Of a stretch of 64,000 bases of DNA, positions 1-10,367 are shown piece by piece. The DNA is from Candidatus Bathyarchaeia archaeon (GTDB lineage: Archaea > Thermoproteota > Bathyarchaeia > Bathyarchaeales > Bathycorpusculaceae), in contig JBEKBM010000006.1 of NCBI GenBank assembly GCA_050015395.1, positions 32,001-96,000 of the forward strand. Reading direction: 5' to 3'. The notes below the pieces were generated by a model that saw nothing but the letters and a program-made list of their open reading frames with translations, ran no database searches and was not told the origin of the DNA. The translations under genes were made by a program, and so were the position numbers. The first letter of the stretch is position 1; each line of letters starts with the position of its first letter.

Positions 1-260
1 TTAACGCCTTCTTTCTCTGCTAAGCCGAGAATATATTTAATGTATCGTTGACCATCTTGCTTTAGCTCCTGTTCAACATTCTCGCGTTCGGTTACTTTGG
101 AAAGTTGGTTAAGAACAACCTCATCAATCACGTAAACTACTATGATTTGGGCATCAAGCATTTTTGCAATACTTATACTGTACTCTGCTGCACGTATGCT
201 GTAATCTGACCCATCAGTAGGAATCAAAATTTTTTGAATGTTTTTAAAATTCAAAGTCAA
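1..260 (-). CDS. Universal stress protein (UspA family), 3' end runs off the window
   Basis: Manual translation, not in ORF track: (M)TLNFKNIQKILIPTDGSDYSIRAAEYSISIAKMLDAQIIVVYVID, the USP N-terminal motif; starts 1 nt after atpD stop. Confidence 0.9.
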   Translation of the reverse strand, partial: MTLNFKNIQKILIPTDGSDYSIRAAEYSISIAKMLDAQIIVVYVIDEVVLNQLSKVTERENVEQELKQDGQRYIKYILGLAEKEGV

Positions 261-261
261 A

Positions 262-891
262 TTATTCGCGCTCCCTAATCATATGCTTAATCCGTTTAGT
301 TCTAACAAACTCTTCTCGATCTTTTTCTTCCAAAACGAGTGCAATCTTTTTAGTGATATTGCGATACATGGGGATGAGAACGTAATTCAACGCGTTCACC
401 CGACGCTGAGTCCTTCCCACATCGTTAGCAATCTGAAATGTGGTACCCTCAGCCTTAGCTAAATTGGCGATTAACTCCAGCACACTGTAGAATTGCTTAA
501 ACGCTTTATCTAGTTCAGCGTTGGTATTTGCGAAACCGTAATCAGGCTTCGCATCAGTTTCGCTTTGAAATTCTACATTAGGAACACTTACGCCCATGAT
601 ACTTTTGAAATCCAAGAGGAAATCTGCTTCATAGCTTGAGCCCAAAGCCACGTTGGCAACAGTTTCCGAACCCTTAGTCATATTTGCTTCCTTTAGGCTT
701 TGGTAAGCCTTTGCAAGAGCTTCCAATAAGTCCTCGCGGGCTTTCTCAGCTTCGTAAATGCTATTTCTTAGTTCGCGGAGCAAAATGTCACGTTTACGTT
801 CAAGTACATCCCGCCCAGACTCTGCTAGACTCAAGGTTTTTTTTGTTCGTATCAGGTTAATTCTTGTTGGGCTAACGTTTTCAAGAGACAT
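262..891 (-). CDS. atpD: A/V-type ATP synthase subunit D
   Basis: SPTRINL, LERKRDIL, TQRRVNALNYVLIP motifs; operon context. Confidence 0.97.
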   Translation of the reverse strand: MSLENVSPTRINLIRTKKTLSLAESGRDVLERKRDILLRELRNSIYEAEKAREDLLEALAKAYQSLKEANMTKGSETVANVALGSSYEADFLLDFKSIMGVSVPNVEFQSETDAKPDYGFANTNAELDKAFKQFYSVLELIANLAKAEGTTFQIANDVGRTQRRVNALNYVLIPMYRNITKKIALVLEEKDREEFVRTKRIKHMIRERE

Positions 892-896
892 TAAGC

Positions 897-2294
897 TTAC
901 TTTACCTCCTTAACGATTTTTGGGTAGTACTTCTTGATGAATTCAGGGCGTATGCTTGTTAATTCTTCATCTGGCAAAACTGAAAGGGTATCCCAAGCAA
1001 TAGAAAGCGTCTGCTCGATTGACCTGTTCTCGTTTTTACCTTGGCAAATAAGCTTCCGCTCGAAACGCTCACCGAAGCGCAGGTATTCTTTGTCCCTGCT
1101 TCCTAACCCTTCCTCGCCGATAATTGTAGCCAGAGACTTCACACCGTTGTACTGTGCATAAGCGGAATATAATTGACTTGCAACGTTAGCATGATCTTCT
1201 CGTGTGCTGTCTTTGCCTATGCCATCCTTCATCAATCTGGAAAGACTTGTGGAAACATAGATTGGGGGATAAATGCTCTGCTTTTCCAAATTGCGAGACA
1301 AAACAATTTGCCCTTCGGTAATGTAGCCTGTAAGGTCAGGAATAGGATGTGTGATATCATCATTTGGCATAGTCAAAATAGGCATCTGCGTGATTGAGCC
1401 TTTCTTGCCAATTATTCTACCTGCTCGTTCGTATATATTTGCGAGATCACTGTACATGTAACCTGGGTAACCCTTTCTACTTGGCACTTCCTCCATTGAA
1501 GCGCTAACCTCACGTAGGGCTTCGCAGTAATTCGTCATATCCGTCAATATTACAAGCACATGCGACTCCTGGTCAAACGCCAAATACTCAGCTAAAGTCA
1601 AACCTGCTCTAGGTGTGATAATTCGTTCCACAGGCGGGTCCTCAGCTAAGTTAAGGAACATTGCTACGTTTTTTATTGCACCAGTTTCCTCAAAGCTTTT
1701 TTGGAAAAAAGCGGCATCATCATGCTCTAGGCCCATTGCAATGAAAACAATATAGAATTCTTCGCCTCCCCCACGAATCTGCGCTTGCCTTACAATCTGA
1801 GCAGCAAGATCATTGTGAGATAAGCCTGGACCGCTAAAGATTGGAAGCTTCTGTCCCCTCACGAGACTGGTTAAACCATCAATTGCCGATATGCCTGTCT
1901 GTATGAAGTCCCTTGGGTATTCTCTTGCAGTAGGATTCAAGGGGAAACCGTTTACGTCGCGTTTTTCTTCCGTGAAAAACCTTGGATGACCGTCAATAGG
2001 TTCGCCGAAACTGTTCATTACACGCCCAAGCATTTCTGTTGATACAGGCACTTCTAGGGACCTTCCGAGAAATCGAGTACGCGTTTCCGAAGGTGACAAC
2101 CCTGTCGTGCCTTCGAAGACTTGGACGGTTACGGCTTTCTGAGTTACCTCAATAACTTTGCCCAAGCGGGTTTCTCCTGTTTGAGTTTTCACCGCTACAA
2201 GTTCATCGTAACCTACTTGTTGCACGTTCTCTACTATGATTATTGGGCCGGAAATTGAAGCTACGCCTTTATATTCTAATCCTGAACCTGCCAT
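897..2294 (-). CDS. atpB: A/V-type ATP synthase subunit B
   Basis: [54 protein letters not shown]. Confidence 0.98.
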   Translation of the reverse strand: MAGSGLEYKGVASISGPIIIVENVQQVGYDELVAVKTQTGETRLGKVIEVTQKAVTVQVFEGTTGLSPSETRTRFLGRSLEVPVSTEMLGRVMNSFGEPIDGHPRFFTEEKRDVNGFPLNPTAREYPRDFIQTGISAIDGLTSLVRGQKLPIFSGPGLSHNDLAAQIVRQAQIRGGGEEFYIVFIAMGLEHDDAAFFQKSFEETGAIKNVAMFLNLAEDPPVERIITPRAGLTLAEYLAFDQESHVLVILTDMTNYCEALREVSASMEEVPSRKGYPGYMYSDLANIYERAGRIIGKKGSITQMPILTMPNDDITHPIPDLTGYITEGQIVLSRNLEKQSIYPPIYVSTSLSRLMKDGIGKDSTREDHANVASQLYSAYAQYNGVKSLATIIGEEGLGSRDKEYLRFGERFERKLICQGKNENRSIEQTLSIAWDTLSVLPDEELTSIRPEFIKKYYPKIVKEVK

Positions 2295-2299
2295 ATTCT

Positions 2300-4069
2300 T
2301 TACCTCAAACTTGCCTCTAACTCTTCGAAGTGTTGTTGCATCCGTCTTTCCAAATCGTCTAAGAGATTGATTTTATCGTTTGGTATCATAATTTTCATGC
2401 GCATTATCTCCTCTGTGACGGGAAACTGAATAACTTTGATGATTGGTGCACCTTTACTTACGACGCGAGCAGCAAACCTGTGGAAATCTACGATTATCTT
2501 TAACATTTTGAACTGTTTTTGCGGAGAGCAGTAAGTATCTATTGGGTCTAAGGCATTCTGCTGCAAGAGAGCTATACGGATTATTCGGGCTGTCTCTAAA
2601 ATTAAGCGCTGTTTATCAGGCAAAGCTTCTGGACCAACCAGTTTAACGATGTTTTTCAAGTCGTCCTCCGCCTGCAAAATACGCATTGCCTCTTCCCTGT
2701 AACTATTCCATTCTTTGTCCACTTGTTTATGCCACCAACCAGCAAGTTCGTCAACGTAGCCACTGTAACTTTGCATCCAATTAATCGCGGGATAATGCCT
2801 AGCATCTGCTAATTCAGGGTCTAAAGACCAGAAAACCCGTGTGAAACGTTTAGTATGCTGTGTAACAGGCTCAGAAAAGTCACCGCCCGGAGGAGAAACT
2901 GCTCCAATTGCGGAAATCGAGCCTAAACGTTTTTCCGAGCCTAAGGTTTCCACGCCACCTGTGCGTTCATAAAATTCAGCTAATCTTGACGGCAAGTAGC
3001 TCGGAAAACCTTCTTCAGCAGGCATCTCTTCAAGCCTTCCTGAAACTTCTCTTAGCGCTTCTGCCCACCGGCTTGTGGAATCCGCCATTAAAGCAACGGT
3101 GTAGCCCATGTCTCGGTAGTATTCAGCGATAGTTATACCCGTGTAGATGCTGGCCTCACGAGCAGAGACCGGCATGTTGCTTGTATTAGCGACGAGTATG
3201 GTTCTCTCCATAAGAGGGTGCCCAGTAGTAGGGTCAATTAACTTTGGAAAGCTAGTCAGCACATCCACCATTTCGTTGCCGCGTTCTCCGCAGCCCACGT
3301 AAATTATTATGTTCGCGTCTGACCATTTGGCTAGTTGCTGCTGAGTAACAGTTTTCCCAGTACCAAAACCGCCTGGAATGCATGCGCTTCCACCCTTCGC
3401 GATTGGAAAAAAAGTGTCAATTACGCGTTGTCCAGTGATTAAAGGAACAGATGGAGGAAACCTACGACTGTATGGTCTGGGTTTTCTTACTGGCCATTTC
3501 TGCAGCATTGGCATGTCGGTTTTTTTGCCGTTTGCTTCTATGGTGGCAATTACCTCTGTGATCGTGTAGTCGCCTTGGGGTGCAATCTGGACTAGTTTAC
3601 CTTGCAAGGTAGGCGGAACAAGTATACGATGTTCAACCAAATCGGTTTCTGCTACAGTACCGAGGACATCGCCGCCTACAAGCTTGGTTCCAACTTTAGC
3701 TTTGGGTATAAAAGGCCACTTTTTTTCTCTTGAAAGCGGTGATACTCCGCGTGCACTTTTGATAAAGGGTCCCGTAAGTGTCCTTAACAATTCCAATGGT
3801 CTTTGGATGCCATCGAAAACAGTCCCGACTAGTCCCGGAGCCAGCTCCACTGAAAGTGGGCTTCCTGTACCCAAGACGGGCTCGTTAAGTTTAAGTCCAG
3901 AAGTGTTCTGGTAAACTTGGATTGTTGCACGTTCACCTTCTAAACGGATAATTTCACCTATTAAGCCCTCTTTACCTACTTCAACCAGTTCATGCATCAC
4001 GGCTTGTGCCATGCCGTTGGCTTCAACGACTGGCCCCGCAACTCGAATTACTCTGCCTTTAACCGACAT
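2300..4069 (-). CDS. atpA: A/V-type ATP synthase catalytic subunit A (no intein)
   Basis: P-loop [42 protein letters not shown]. Confidence 0.98.
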   Translation of the reverse strand: MSVKGRVIRVAGPVVEANGMAQAVMHELVEVGKEGLIGEIIRLEGERATIQVYQNTSGLKLNEPVLGTGSPLSVELAPGLVGTVFDGIQRPLELLRTLTGPFIKSARGVSPLSREKKWPFIPKAKVGTKLVGGDVLGTVAETDLVEHRILVPPTLQGKLVQIAPQGDYTITEVIATIEANGKKTDMPMLQKWPVRKPRPYSRRFPPSVPLITGQRVIDTFFPIAKGGSACIPGGFGTGKTVTQQQLAKWSDANIIIYVGCGERGNEMVDVLTSFPKLIDPTTGHPLMERTILVANTSNMPVSAREASIYTGITIAEYYRDMGYTVALMADSTSRWAEALREVSGRLEEMPAEEGFPSYLPSRLAEFYERTGGVETLGSEKRLGSISAIGAVSPPGGDFSEPVTQHTKRFTRVFWSLDPELADARHYPAINWMQSYSGYVDELAGWWHKQVDKEWNSYREEAMRILQAEDDLKNIVKLVGPEALPDKQRLILETARIIRIALLQQNALDPIDTYCSPQKQFKMLKIIVDFHRFAARVVSKGAPIIKVIQFPVTEEIMRMKIMIPNDKINLLDDLERRMQQHFEELEASLR

Positions 4070-4074
4070 ACTTT

Positions 4075-4695
4075 CTAGGCCTTCTCCCCGAACAATATTT
4101 TTGCCACTTCAACACGTAAGGCAGGCTTGAGTTCTTGCAACCGATTATCTATGGTGCTATCGTAGGTTATTTTGCCGTCTATAGTTTGGATTTTGCAACC
4201 GCCAATGAAATCTTCGTTTTCGTCTGACAGGTTTAATTCCCGACGTAACTTCTTCGACAAACGGTTCAGCATGTCTTGCGTTAACCATCCTTTATCTTTA
4301 GCGTTGACTTGTATGACGAGATTTTTTTGGCCGATTCTTCCAGCCGCTTCTTCTATAAGCTTCAGGAGATAGCCGTGATATTCCACAGTTGTTACGAAAC
4401 CCTTAAGGTTGAAAAAGGCTTTCTCGAAAGCAGTATCAACTAAGCCTTCTTTTGTTTGAAGCAGGCGATTTCTCATTTCCACCTCAGTTACAGAAGCGAT
4501 TTTTCGCCTCTCGCCTTCTGCTTTAGCTGTCGCCTGATTCATTAAAGTCTGGTAGTTTTGGACTGCTTGCTCTTTTCCTACTTTTAATGTTTGTTTAGCT
4601 TGATTTTCAGCAAATAAGATTATGGCTTCTGATTCTTTTTGCACGTCCCCTAAAACTTCGTTTGCAATCGCGGAAAGACCATCTTTAATACTCAC
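4075..4695 (-). CDS. atpE: A/V-type ATP synthase subunit E
   Basis: Helical N-terminus, C-terminal IGGCKIQTIDGKITYDSTIDNRL; operon position. Confidence 0.93.
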   Translation of the reverse strand: MSIKDGLSAIANEVLGDVQKESEAIILFAENQAKQTLKVGKEQAVQNYQTLMNQATAKAEGERRKIASVTEVEMRNRLLQTKEGLVDTAFEKAFFNLKGFVTTVEYHGYLLKLIEEAAGRIGQKNLVIQVNAKDKGWLTQDMLNRLSKKLRRELNLSDENEDFIGGCKIQTIDGKITYDSTIDNRLQELKPALRVEVAKILFGEKA

Positions 4696-4711
4696 TTTTT
4701 TAATCCAGCTT

Positions 4712-5032
4712 TTATATTCTAACGCCTAAGGTTTTGCTGATGAGGTCAGACATGTGGACTTGACTTGGTTTTCCCCTGCTTCCAGGCATCTCCACAATTA
4801 AGGTGCTCTTGCGTTCGCGGCGAATTTTTTCGATAGCCTCATGCATTTGCGGTTGAGCGGAGAATTCTTCGCTTACGATTATAATTGCCAGATCATTGCG
4901 GACAAGCGCTTTGTTTAGAGCTTGCCGTGCCTCATCAACTGAATTTACTTCGGCACCTTCAAGGCCGACCAGTCTGAACCCAGTGATCATGTCGCTGTCG
5001 CCGATAACGTAACCGAGCATGCTATCGCCCAA
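4712..5032 (-). CDS. atpF: A/V-type ATP synthase subunit F
   Basis: VIGDSDMITGFRLVG motif, about 100 aa. Confidence 0.95.
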   Translation of the reverse strand: MGDSMLGYVIGDSDMITGFRLVGLEGAEVNSVDEARQALNKALVRNDLAIIIVSEEFSAQPQMHEAIEKIRRERKSTLIVEMPGSRGKPSQVHMSDLISKTLGVRI

Positions 5033-5036
5033 TAAA

Positions 5037-5043
5037 ACTTTAA
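5037..5043. repeat. Left arm (ACTTTAA) of a 7-bp inverted repeat bounding atpI
   Basis: Exact reverse complement of TTAAAGT at 7077-7083. Confidence 0.5.
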
Positions 5044-5076
5044 TTTCTAGTTAATCAACATTTTGTTAGAACATGC

Positions 5077-7080
5077 ATGTTTCGACCAGAAAGAATGAGC
5101 GACACATCAATAATATGCGTTAAACAAGACGTTGAATCAGTACTACAAGCGCTAAGCAGCTTTGGAGAATTCCACATAGAACAAGCAACTGAAGACGCAA
5201 GCCTTACCGACTACAGCGAGAACATCCAGAAGGCTGAGGAGTCCCTCACAAACGTCAACGAGTTAATTAAACAACTTTGCCAAGAAAAACCAGGCATCTT
5301 CGACGTTTTCAAAGTATCACAACCAACTAGAACACAAGTAACCGCGGAAAATTGGCAAGCCCTCTCAGAATCCACTTGCCAACAAGTCTTGACGCTTAAA
5401 AAGGAAGTTGACGACATCAACACCTCTCTATCCAGCCTGCAAGAAAAAACTGCACAGCTTAACCACATCAAAGACATGCTGACAACAATGGATAAGATGA
5501 AAGCAGACCTTGCAGCCATGGAAGAACTAAAATTAATACGTGTTGCCTTTGCAAACGTGCCACATAAAAACTTCGATGGATTAAAAACGGCACTTACAGA
5601 CTTTTCGCTCATTCTGCATCGCTACTACTTAACCAAGGCAACTGACTTTGTATCCTTAGCTGTGCCAAGCAAACAAGGCGCAGACGTCGAGAAAATCCTG
5701 AAGCTACATCACGCTGAAACCTTTGCGATTCCTAAGGATTTACCGCACGATGTGGCTCAAGCGCTTAATGAAGTTAATAATCGATTAAAAGAAAACACGC
5801 ACAAAGAAAAAGCGTTTTTCGATTCACTAAATAAACTAAGCAAAGAAAACAAGAATAAACTTGTCTCATGGAAAGAAAACACTGAAAACATTCTTGCATT
5901 GCTAAATGCGAAAAGAAAGATACTTCAGTCCGGACGGCTTGCAACAGTTAAAGGGTTCGTGCCGGAGAAAAAATTCCGTGCGCTCAACGAAAAAATTCAT
6001 GCAATGCTAGGAGAAAAAGCTTTAGTGCTTCAGAATGAGCCAGTTCAGAACCAAGACCCCCCTACAAAGCTTAGCCACAACAGATTTATCAAGCCTTTTG
6101 AAGAGATCACTAAGCTTTGGGGTCTACCACATTACGACGAGCTGGATCCAACGCCAGTTATTGCAATAACGTTCCCGATTATTTTCGGGTTAATGTTCGG
6201 CGACGTTGGACACGGCTTAATCCTACTAGTCGGCGGGTTAACGCTTGGAATACTAATTAAAAAGAACCAAGCAATAAAAAATGTATGCTGGATTATGGCT
6301 GCCTGCGGCGCCACCACCATTGTCATGGGGCTAATGTATGGCGAGTTTTTTGGTCAGGAGATATTTGCTTTATGGTTCCGCCCGTTTAATAATATCTTTG
6401 ATTTCCTAATTTTCGCCCTTGCCGTAGGCGTAATACAAATCGTCAGCGGTTTGGTTTTGGAAATGGTGAACTTTCTGATTAAGCATAACGTCACTGATGC
6501 AGTTTTTACGGCGGTACCTAAAATAGCGTTCTATCTTGGCGCAGTTTACCTTATTGTAGTTTACAAGTTAAATCTTGGCTTGTGGTTTTCGGGTCCAATA
6601 TTGCTGATTATTGTACCATTTGTGTTTTTGGTTTGCGGTAAGCCAGTTTTTATGACTTTAGAAAAATTTTCATTGCGTGCAGTTGGCCCCGAAATTGAAC
6701 AAAAAGGTCAAGAGAACTTGTTAGGACAGAGAATTTTCGAGGGCGGAGACTTAGTTACTCGCTTGCTTAGTAACACTATTTCTTACACGCGAATTCTTGC
6801 TTTGCTTATGGCTCACTGGGCATTACTCCTTGTAGTATACACTATCGCCGGCTTGGTAGGTTTTGCTTCGATTCCAGCGTTGATTATCAGCGGCATAATC
6901 ATCGTCGTCGGAAATATTTTCGTGATCGGGCTTGAAGGATTAATCGTTTTCATTCATACGCTAAGATTGCACTTCTACGAGTGGTTCAGCAAGTTCTACG
7001 AGGGCACTGGAACAGTGTTTAACCCATTTAAGCAGAACCATGTCTACACTGAAGTTGTCCTTGAGGGAAAACAGGCTTAA
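5077..7080 (+). CDS. atpI: A/V-type ATP synthase subunit I (a), antisense to the rest of the operon
   Basis: PPTKL, GLPHYDELDPT, FGLMFGDVGHG, SYTRILAL with the essential Arg, HTLRLHFYEWFSKFYEG. Confidence 0.97.
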   Translation: MFRPERMSDTSIICVKQDVESVLQALSSFGEFHIEQATEDASLTDYSENIQKAEESLTNVNELIKQLCQEKPGIFDVFKVSQPTRTQVTAENWQALSESTCQQVLTLKKEVDDINTSLSSLQEKTAQLNHIKDMLTTMDKMKADLAAMEELKLIRVAFANVPHKNFDGLKTALTDFSLILHRYYLTKATDFVSLAVPSKQGADVEKILKLHHAETFAIPKDLPHDVAQALNEVNNRLKENTHKEKAFFDSLNKLSKENKNKLVSWKENTENILALLNAKRKILQSGRLATVKGFVPEKKFRALNEKIHAMLGEKALVLQNEPVQNQDPPTKLSHNRFIKPFEEITKLWGLPHYDELDPTPVIAITFPIIFGLMFGDVGHGLILLVGGLTLGILIKKNQAIKNVCWIMAACGATTIVMGLMYGEFFGQEIFALWFRPFNNIFDFLIFALAVGVIQIVSGLVLEMVNFLIKHNVTDAVFTAVPKIAFYLGAVYLIVVYKLNLGLWFSGPILLIIVPFVFLVCGKPVFMTLEKFSLRAVGPEIEQKGQENLLGQRIFEGGDLVTRLLSNTISYTRILALLMAHWALLLVVYTIAGLVGFASIPALIISGIIIVVGNIFVIGLEGLIVFIHTLRLHFYEWFSKFYEGTGTVFNPFKQNHVYTEVVLEGKQA

Positions 7081-7083
7081 AGT
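7077..7083. repeat. Right arm (TTAAAGT) of the inverted repeat; carries the stop codons of both atpI and atpC
   Basis: Reverse complement of 5037-5043; its TTAA supplies both TAA stops. Confidence 0.5.
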
Positions 7084-8129
7084 AACAGTTGACCCTGTAT
7101 CTCCTCAGGGTTCACTGCCGCTTCCACACCCGAACTCGTAGCAATAAGATCATGCACTTCTGCTTCTTTTTGTGTCATGAAGGCAAGTGGTGCACCAATG
7201 TTGAAAATTTCACCAATCCTGCTTGCTTTAGCATGTTGAAAAACTGCTCTCTTGAAGGCCTTTTCAGCGTTTGCTACCGTTTCTTCTGGATTTTGAGCTT
7301 TAACAAAGAACTTTGCGTAATGGCTCTCGAGGGCAATTTTGAGGGCTGATTCGAAATCAGCTGCCGATAATAGAGCCTCAACAGTTTCCATAGAAAGATT
7401 AAAATTATTATGAGGCACCGCTAGTCGCAGCCAGTTGGCGTCGTAGTTTAGGGTTTTTCCCCTCAGAAGCGTCAGCAATGTGAAGCTATCATTTTCTGTG
7501 CTTGCATAAAAATGTGCATGTGGCTTCTCTTTTTTGGGAAGACTCTCATAACTGTCATGGAGTTTTTCGTAAAATGTCTTATCAAGAAGCATATCAAAGC
7601 GTGCGGTTGAACCGCTTTCCTCATAATTTTGCAGTCCCGTATTCAAGGTGAACGCGTACTCTGTGCTTTTGAGAGCATTCACCATTTGCTTTAAGGCTGG
7701 GGCTTTAGCAGCCTCCTCAATGACTGAGCGTTTTTTAAGATAATCTTCTATAGAAAGGTATATTTTGGCTAGCTTTTGCTCAGGACTTAGGTTGGCGTAG
7801 GCTGCTTTTATCAGCGCCTTGATGTTTTCCACTTCGAACCTTAAAGGGTGCAAGTTAAGATATTTTGTTGCGTTTTTGGGTGAGTTTTTGACTATTTTTG
7901 CATAAGATTCAATGAGATTTTCATTGAATGCTCTTTCGAGTTTGCGGCTTGTAAGTGGCAAGGGCACTTTAGCTATTTGCGCCTGGTAACTGGTTTCTCG
8001 GAGTTGAGCTACGAATGCGGAGAGGTCTCTGCTTTCCGTTAGCGTTTTGAGTTTAACTTCGCTTAGAAGTTTGCTTCTTTCTGCCCCGATTTTGGCTAGA
8101 ACACTCGCATAAAGTGTTGTCTGGCTCAA
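7077..8129 (-). CDS. atpC: A/V-type ATP synthase subunit C (d/AC39)
   Basis: 350 aa, YASVLAKIGAERSKLL, LRETSY, RFEVENIKALIK. Confidence 0.93.
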   Translation of the reverse strand: MSQTTLYASVLAKIGAERSKLLSEVKLKTLTESRDLSAFVAQLRETSYQAQIAKVPLPLTSRKLERAFNENLIESYAKIVKNSPKNATKYLNLHPLRFEVENIKALIKAAYANLSPEQKLAKIYLSIEDYLKKRSVIEEAAKAPALKQMVNALKSTEYAFTLNTGLQNYEESGSTARFDMLLDKTFYEKLHDSYESLPKKEKPHAHFYASTENDSFTLLTLLRGKTLNYDANWLRLAVPHNNFNLSMETVEALLSAADFESALKIALESHYAKFFVKAQNPEETVANAEKAFKRAVFQHAKASRIGEIFNIGAPLAFMTQKEAEVHDLIATSSGVEAAVNPEEIQGQLLL

Positions 8130-8446
8130 GGCTGGGTTTCCTCAATCACTGCGTTCACAACTTTCGTGATTGCTGATTCCATATGTTTTTCCGCTTGCAC
8201 TCTCAGTTTATCTGCGGCTACTTGGTTTGCTTTCAGCAGTTCGTCACGGTTGCAATTAGCTTCCTGAATTGTGTTCATGTACAGCTGCTGTGACTCCTCC
8301 TCAGCGTAAGTTTCGCTGTTGGCCAACAACTCTTCCGCTTCTTTCTGTGCGAGATCAGTCATCTTTTTGGCCTTATCCTGCGCTTCGCTACGGATTTGCT
8401 CTGCTTGAGCTTCGATTTTTTTAAGTTCTTCCCAGACTTTCTCCAT
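8126..8446 (-). CDS. atpH: A/V-type ATP synthase subunit H/G (peripheral stalk)
   Basis: 106 aa E/K/A-rich coiled coil (LKKIEAQAEQIRSEAQ), first gene of the operon, overlaps atpC. Confidence 0.85.
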   Translation of the reverse strand: MEKVWEELKKIEAQAEQIRSEAQDKAKKMTDLAQKEAEELLANSETYAEEESQQLYMNTIQEANCNRDELLKANQVAADKLRVQAEKHMESAITKVVNAVIEETQP

Positions 8447-8687
8447 TATTCCACAAATATGCTATGGTTTATGTGGTTTCTAAAGGTTTTGTGCTCTAAA
8501 TAAAGATTATATTTTTGACTGAAAAATAGTTTGTAAAGTTGAATTAGACAGGTCATTTTGCCGTACTTAAAACTTTTTTTCCAACCTGCTTGATTTTCTC
8601 ATTTTGAAAACCTGAAAGCCGAGTAAGCGATAAAACCTTGGTTTGAAACTGTGCAATTTTTCATAGAATGTAGCGCAGGGACTGCAC

Positions 8688-8856
8688 ATGAATTCAACTA
8701 ACGAAGACGAGTGCCATCCGAACAGAAACCTCCTTAAAGATCATGTCTGACATCTTGCAGCGCTGCGTTGAACCTAAGTCCCCAACTAGCTTAATATACA
8801 ACGTTAACTTGAGTTACGTATTTAACATCCAAAAACCATCAATTATATGGGGATAG
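8688..8856 (+). pseudogene. Frameshifted, truncated winged-HTH regulator fragment (HTH_45-like)
   Basis: MNSTNEDECHPNRNLLK then, after a frameshift, IMSDILQRCVEPKSPTSLIYNVNLSY, matching the archaeal pattern R..I..DIL...T.I.Y..NLSY. Confidence 0.55.
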
Positions 8857-10367
8857 CCGTGGAATCGAAAAGTGATTCACTCATAGCTTACAATGTTTTG
8901 AAGAAGAAAATCATAGACTCGGGCTTTTGCACGGCTTGTGGAGCTTGTGAGGTGGCATGCCCGGTTGGGGCACTGCAGATTGAGGATGATAAGGTTAAAC
9001 GTATACATAATTGTGCAGATGATTTGGATCTCTGTCCAATCTGTTATGCAGTGTGTCCTCACTCTGAGGCCCTTTTGCTAAGAAGCCTACGGGCAGTTTC
9101 GGATGCGCCAATCAAGAATGAAGCAATAGGCTATTACAGAAAAATGCTGCTTGCCCAAGCGGCAGACCCAAAGCTCAGGGAACAATGTAGGGGCGCAGGG
9201 GTTGTAACCGCCCTCTTGACTTACGGCGTCGAAAACAAAATTTTCGACAGCGCCATAGTTTCCCAAGCTGAACTTGGAGACCCAACAAAGACTAAGCCCA
9301 TGGTGGCCGTGGTACCAGATGACATCCTTTCAGCGGTCGGTACGAAGTTCTTTCCCTCAGCAGTCGCCAAGGCTTATGGGACAGCTGTAATGGAATACGG
9401 AAAAACGAAGATCGCCTTTGTCGGCGTACCCTGCCATGTACTTGCCCTCCGTAAGTTGGGAGCATGGCAACACAAGATTAGCGGAAACTTGAAGATAATC
9501 ATAGGTCTCTTCTGTTTTGGTACTTTCTCACTTAAGCCGTTGATGGAATACATAACAAAAACCTACAATATTAAGCCTTCAGACATTAAGCAAATGCGCC
9601 TCTCAAAAAATTTAGTTATCCAGACAGAAAAGGAATCGATAAACATTCCGTTTGAAGAGCTTCAGAGCAAGATTTTGCCCAGCTGCAGAACATGCGTAGA
9701 TTTCACTTCTGAATTTGCGGATATCTCAGTTGGACGCGCTTTCCCGCTCACGGACTGGTCTGTGGTAATCATACGAACCAAAACTGGAGAAGACTTCTTT
9801 TTCGACGCAGCAGAAAAGGGAGTTATCAACTTACGTGCTATCGAAGAGGAGCCAAAAGTGTTTGAGCGTGTGATTGGACCAGCCATAAAGAAACGAACAG
9901 AAGCCCTTCGCGCGGCCGGTAAACTTGAGGAAACCCAAGGTTTTATTCCAGCTCGATTGCTGAGGGAGACGGATTTGCTTGCCCATGTCAAGGTCGAGGA
10001 AATCATGACGAGAAAAGTCCGATCTGTGCCTAGTAACATGACTGTTAGCGAACTTTTGGAGCTGATGGCGGCGGAGCAGCATGGCGGGTACCCCGTGACG
10101 AATGAAAAAAATGAGCTCGTCGGCATTGTAACCATCGAAGAAGTTTCGTTTGTGGATAAAAAGAAGCGAGGCCAGACTTCCGTTGGTGCTATAGCAAGGC
10201 CAAACCTCGATGTGGTCTATCCTGGGGAGACGGCGTTGGATGCATATAAAAAAATGAGCAAACAGGAAACAGGGCGGGTACTCGTTTTGGACCCGGAAAA
10301 TCCGCAACGAGTGATAGGCATAGTAACCAAAGCAGACTTGTTGCACGCCCTGGTGAACCAAGCCTGA
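8847..10367 (+). CDS. FrhB/FdhB-family (F420 hydrogenase/dehydrogenase beta) protein with N-terminal 4Fe-4S dicluster and C-terminal CBS pair
   Basis: CTACGACEVACP, GVVTALL, VGVPCHV, IIGLFC, CRTCVDFTSEFADISVG; CBS: VEEIMTRKV...GYPV...GIVTKADLL. Confidence 0.9.
   Translation: MGIAVESKSDSLIAYNVLKKKIIDSGFCTACGACEVACPVGALQIEDDKVKRIHNCADDLDLCPICYAVCPHSEALLLRSLRAVSDAPIKNEAIGYYRKMLLAQAADPKLREQCRGAGVVTALLTYGVENKIFDSAIVSQAELGDPTKTKPMVAVVPDDILSAVGTKFFPSAVAKAYGTAVMEYGKTKIAFVGVPCHVLALRKLGAWQHKISGNLKIIIGLFCFGTFSLKPLMEYITKTYNIKPSDIKQMRLSKNLVIQTEKESINIPFEELQSKILPSCRTCVDFTSEFADISVGRAFPLTDWSVVIIRTKTGEDFFFDAAEKGVINLRAIEEEPKVFERVIGPAIKKRTEALRAAGKLEETQGFIPARLLRETDLLAHVKVEEIMTRKVRSVPSNMTVSELLELMAAEQHGGYPVTNEKNELVGIVTIEEVSFVDKKKRGQTSVGAIARPNLDVVYPGETALDAYKKMSKQETGRVLVLDPENPQRVIGIVTKADLLHALVNQA

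Noticed and set aside
5070-5081. Palindrome AACATGCATGTT at the atpI start
   Set aside because: A single 12-bp palindrome with no counterpart at the other boundary; may be chance
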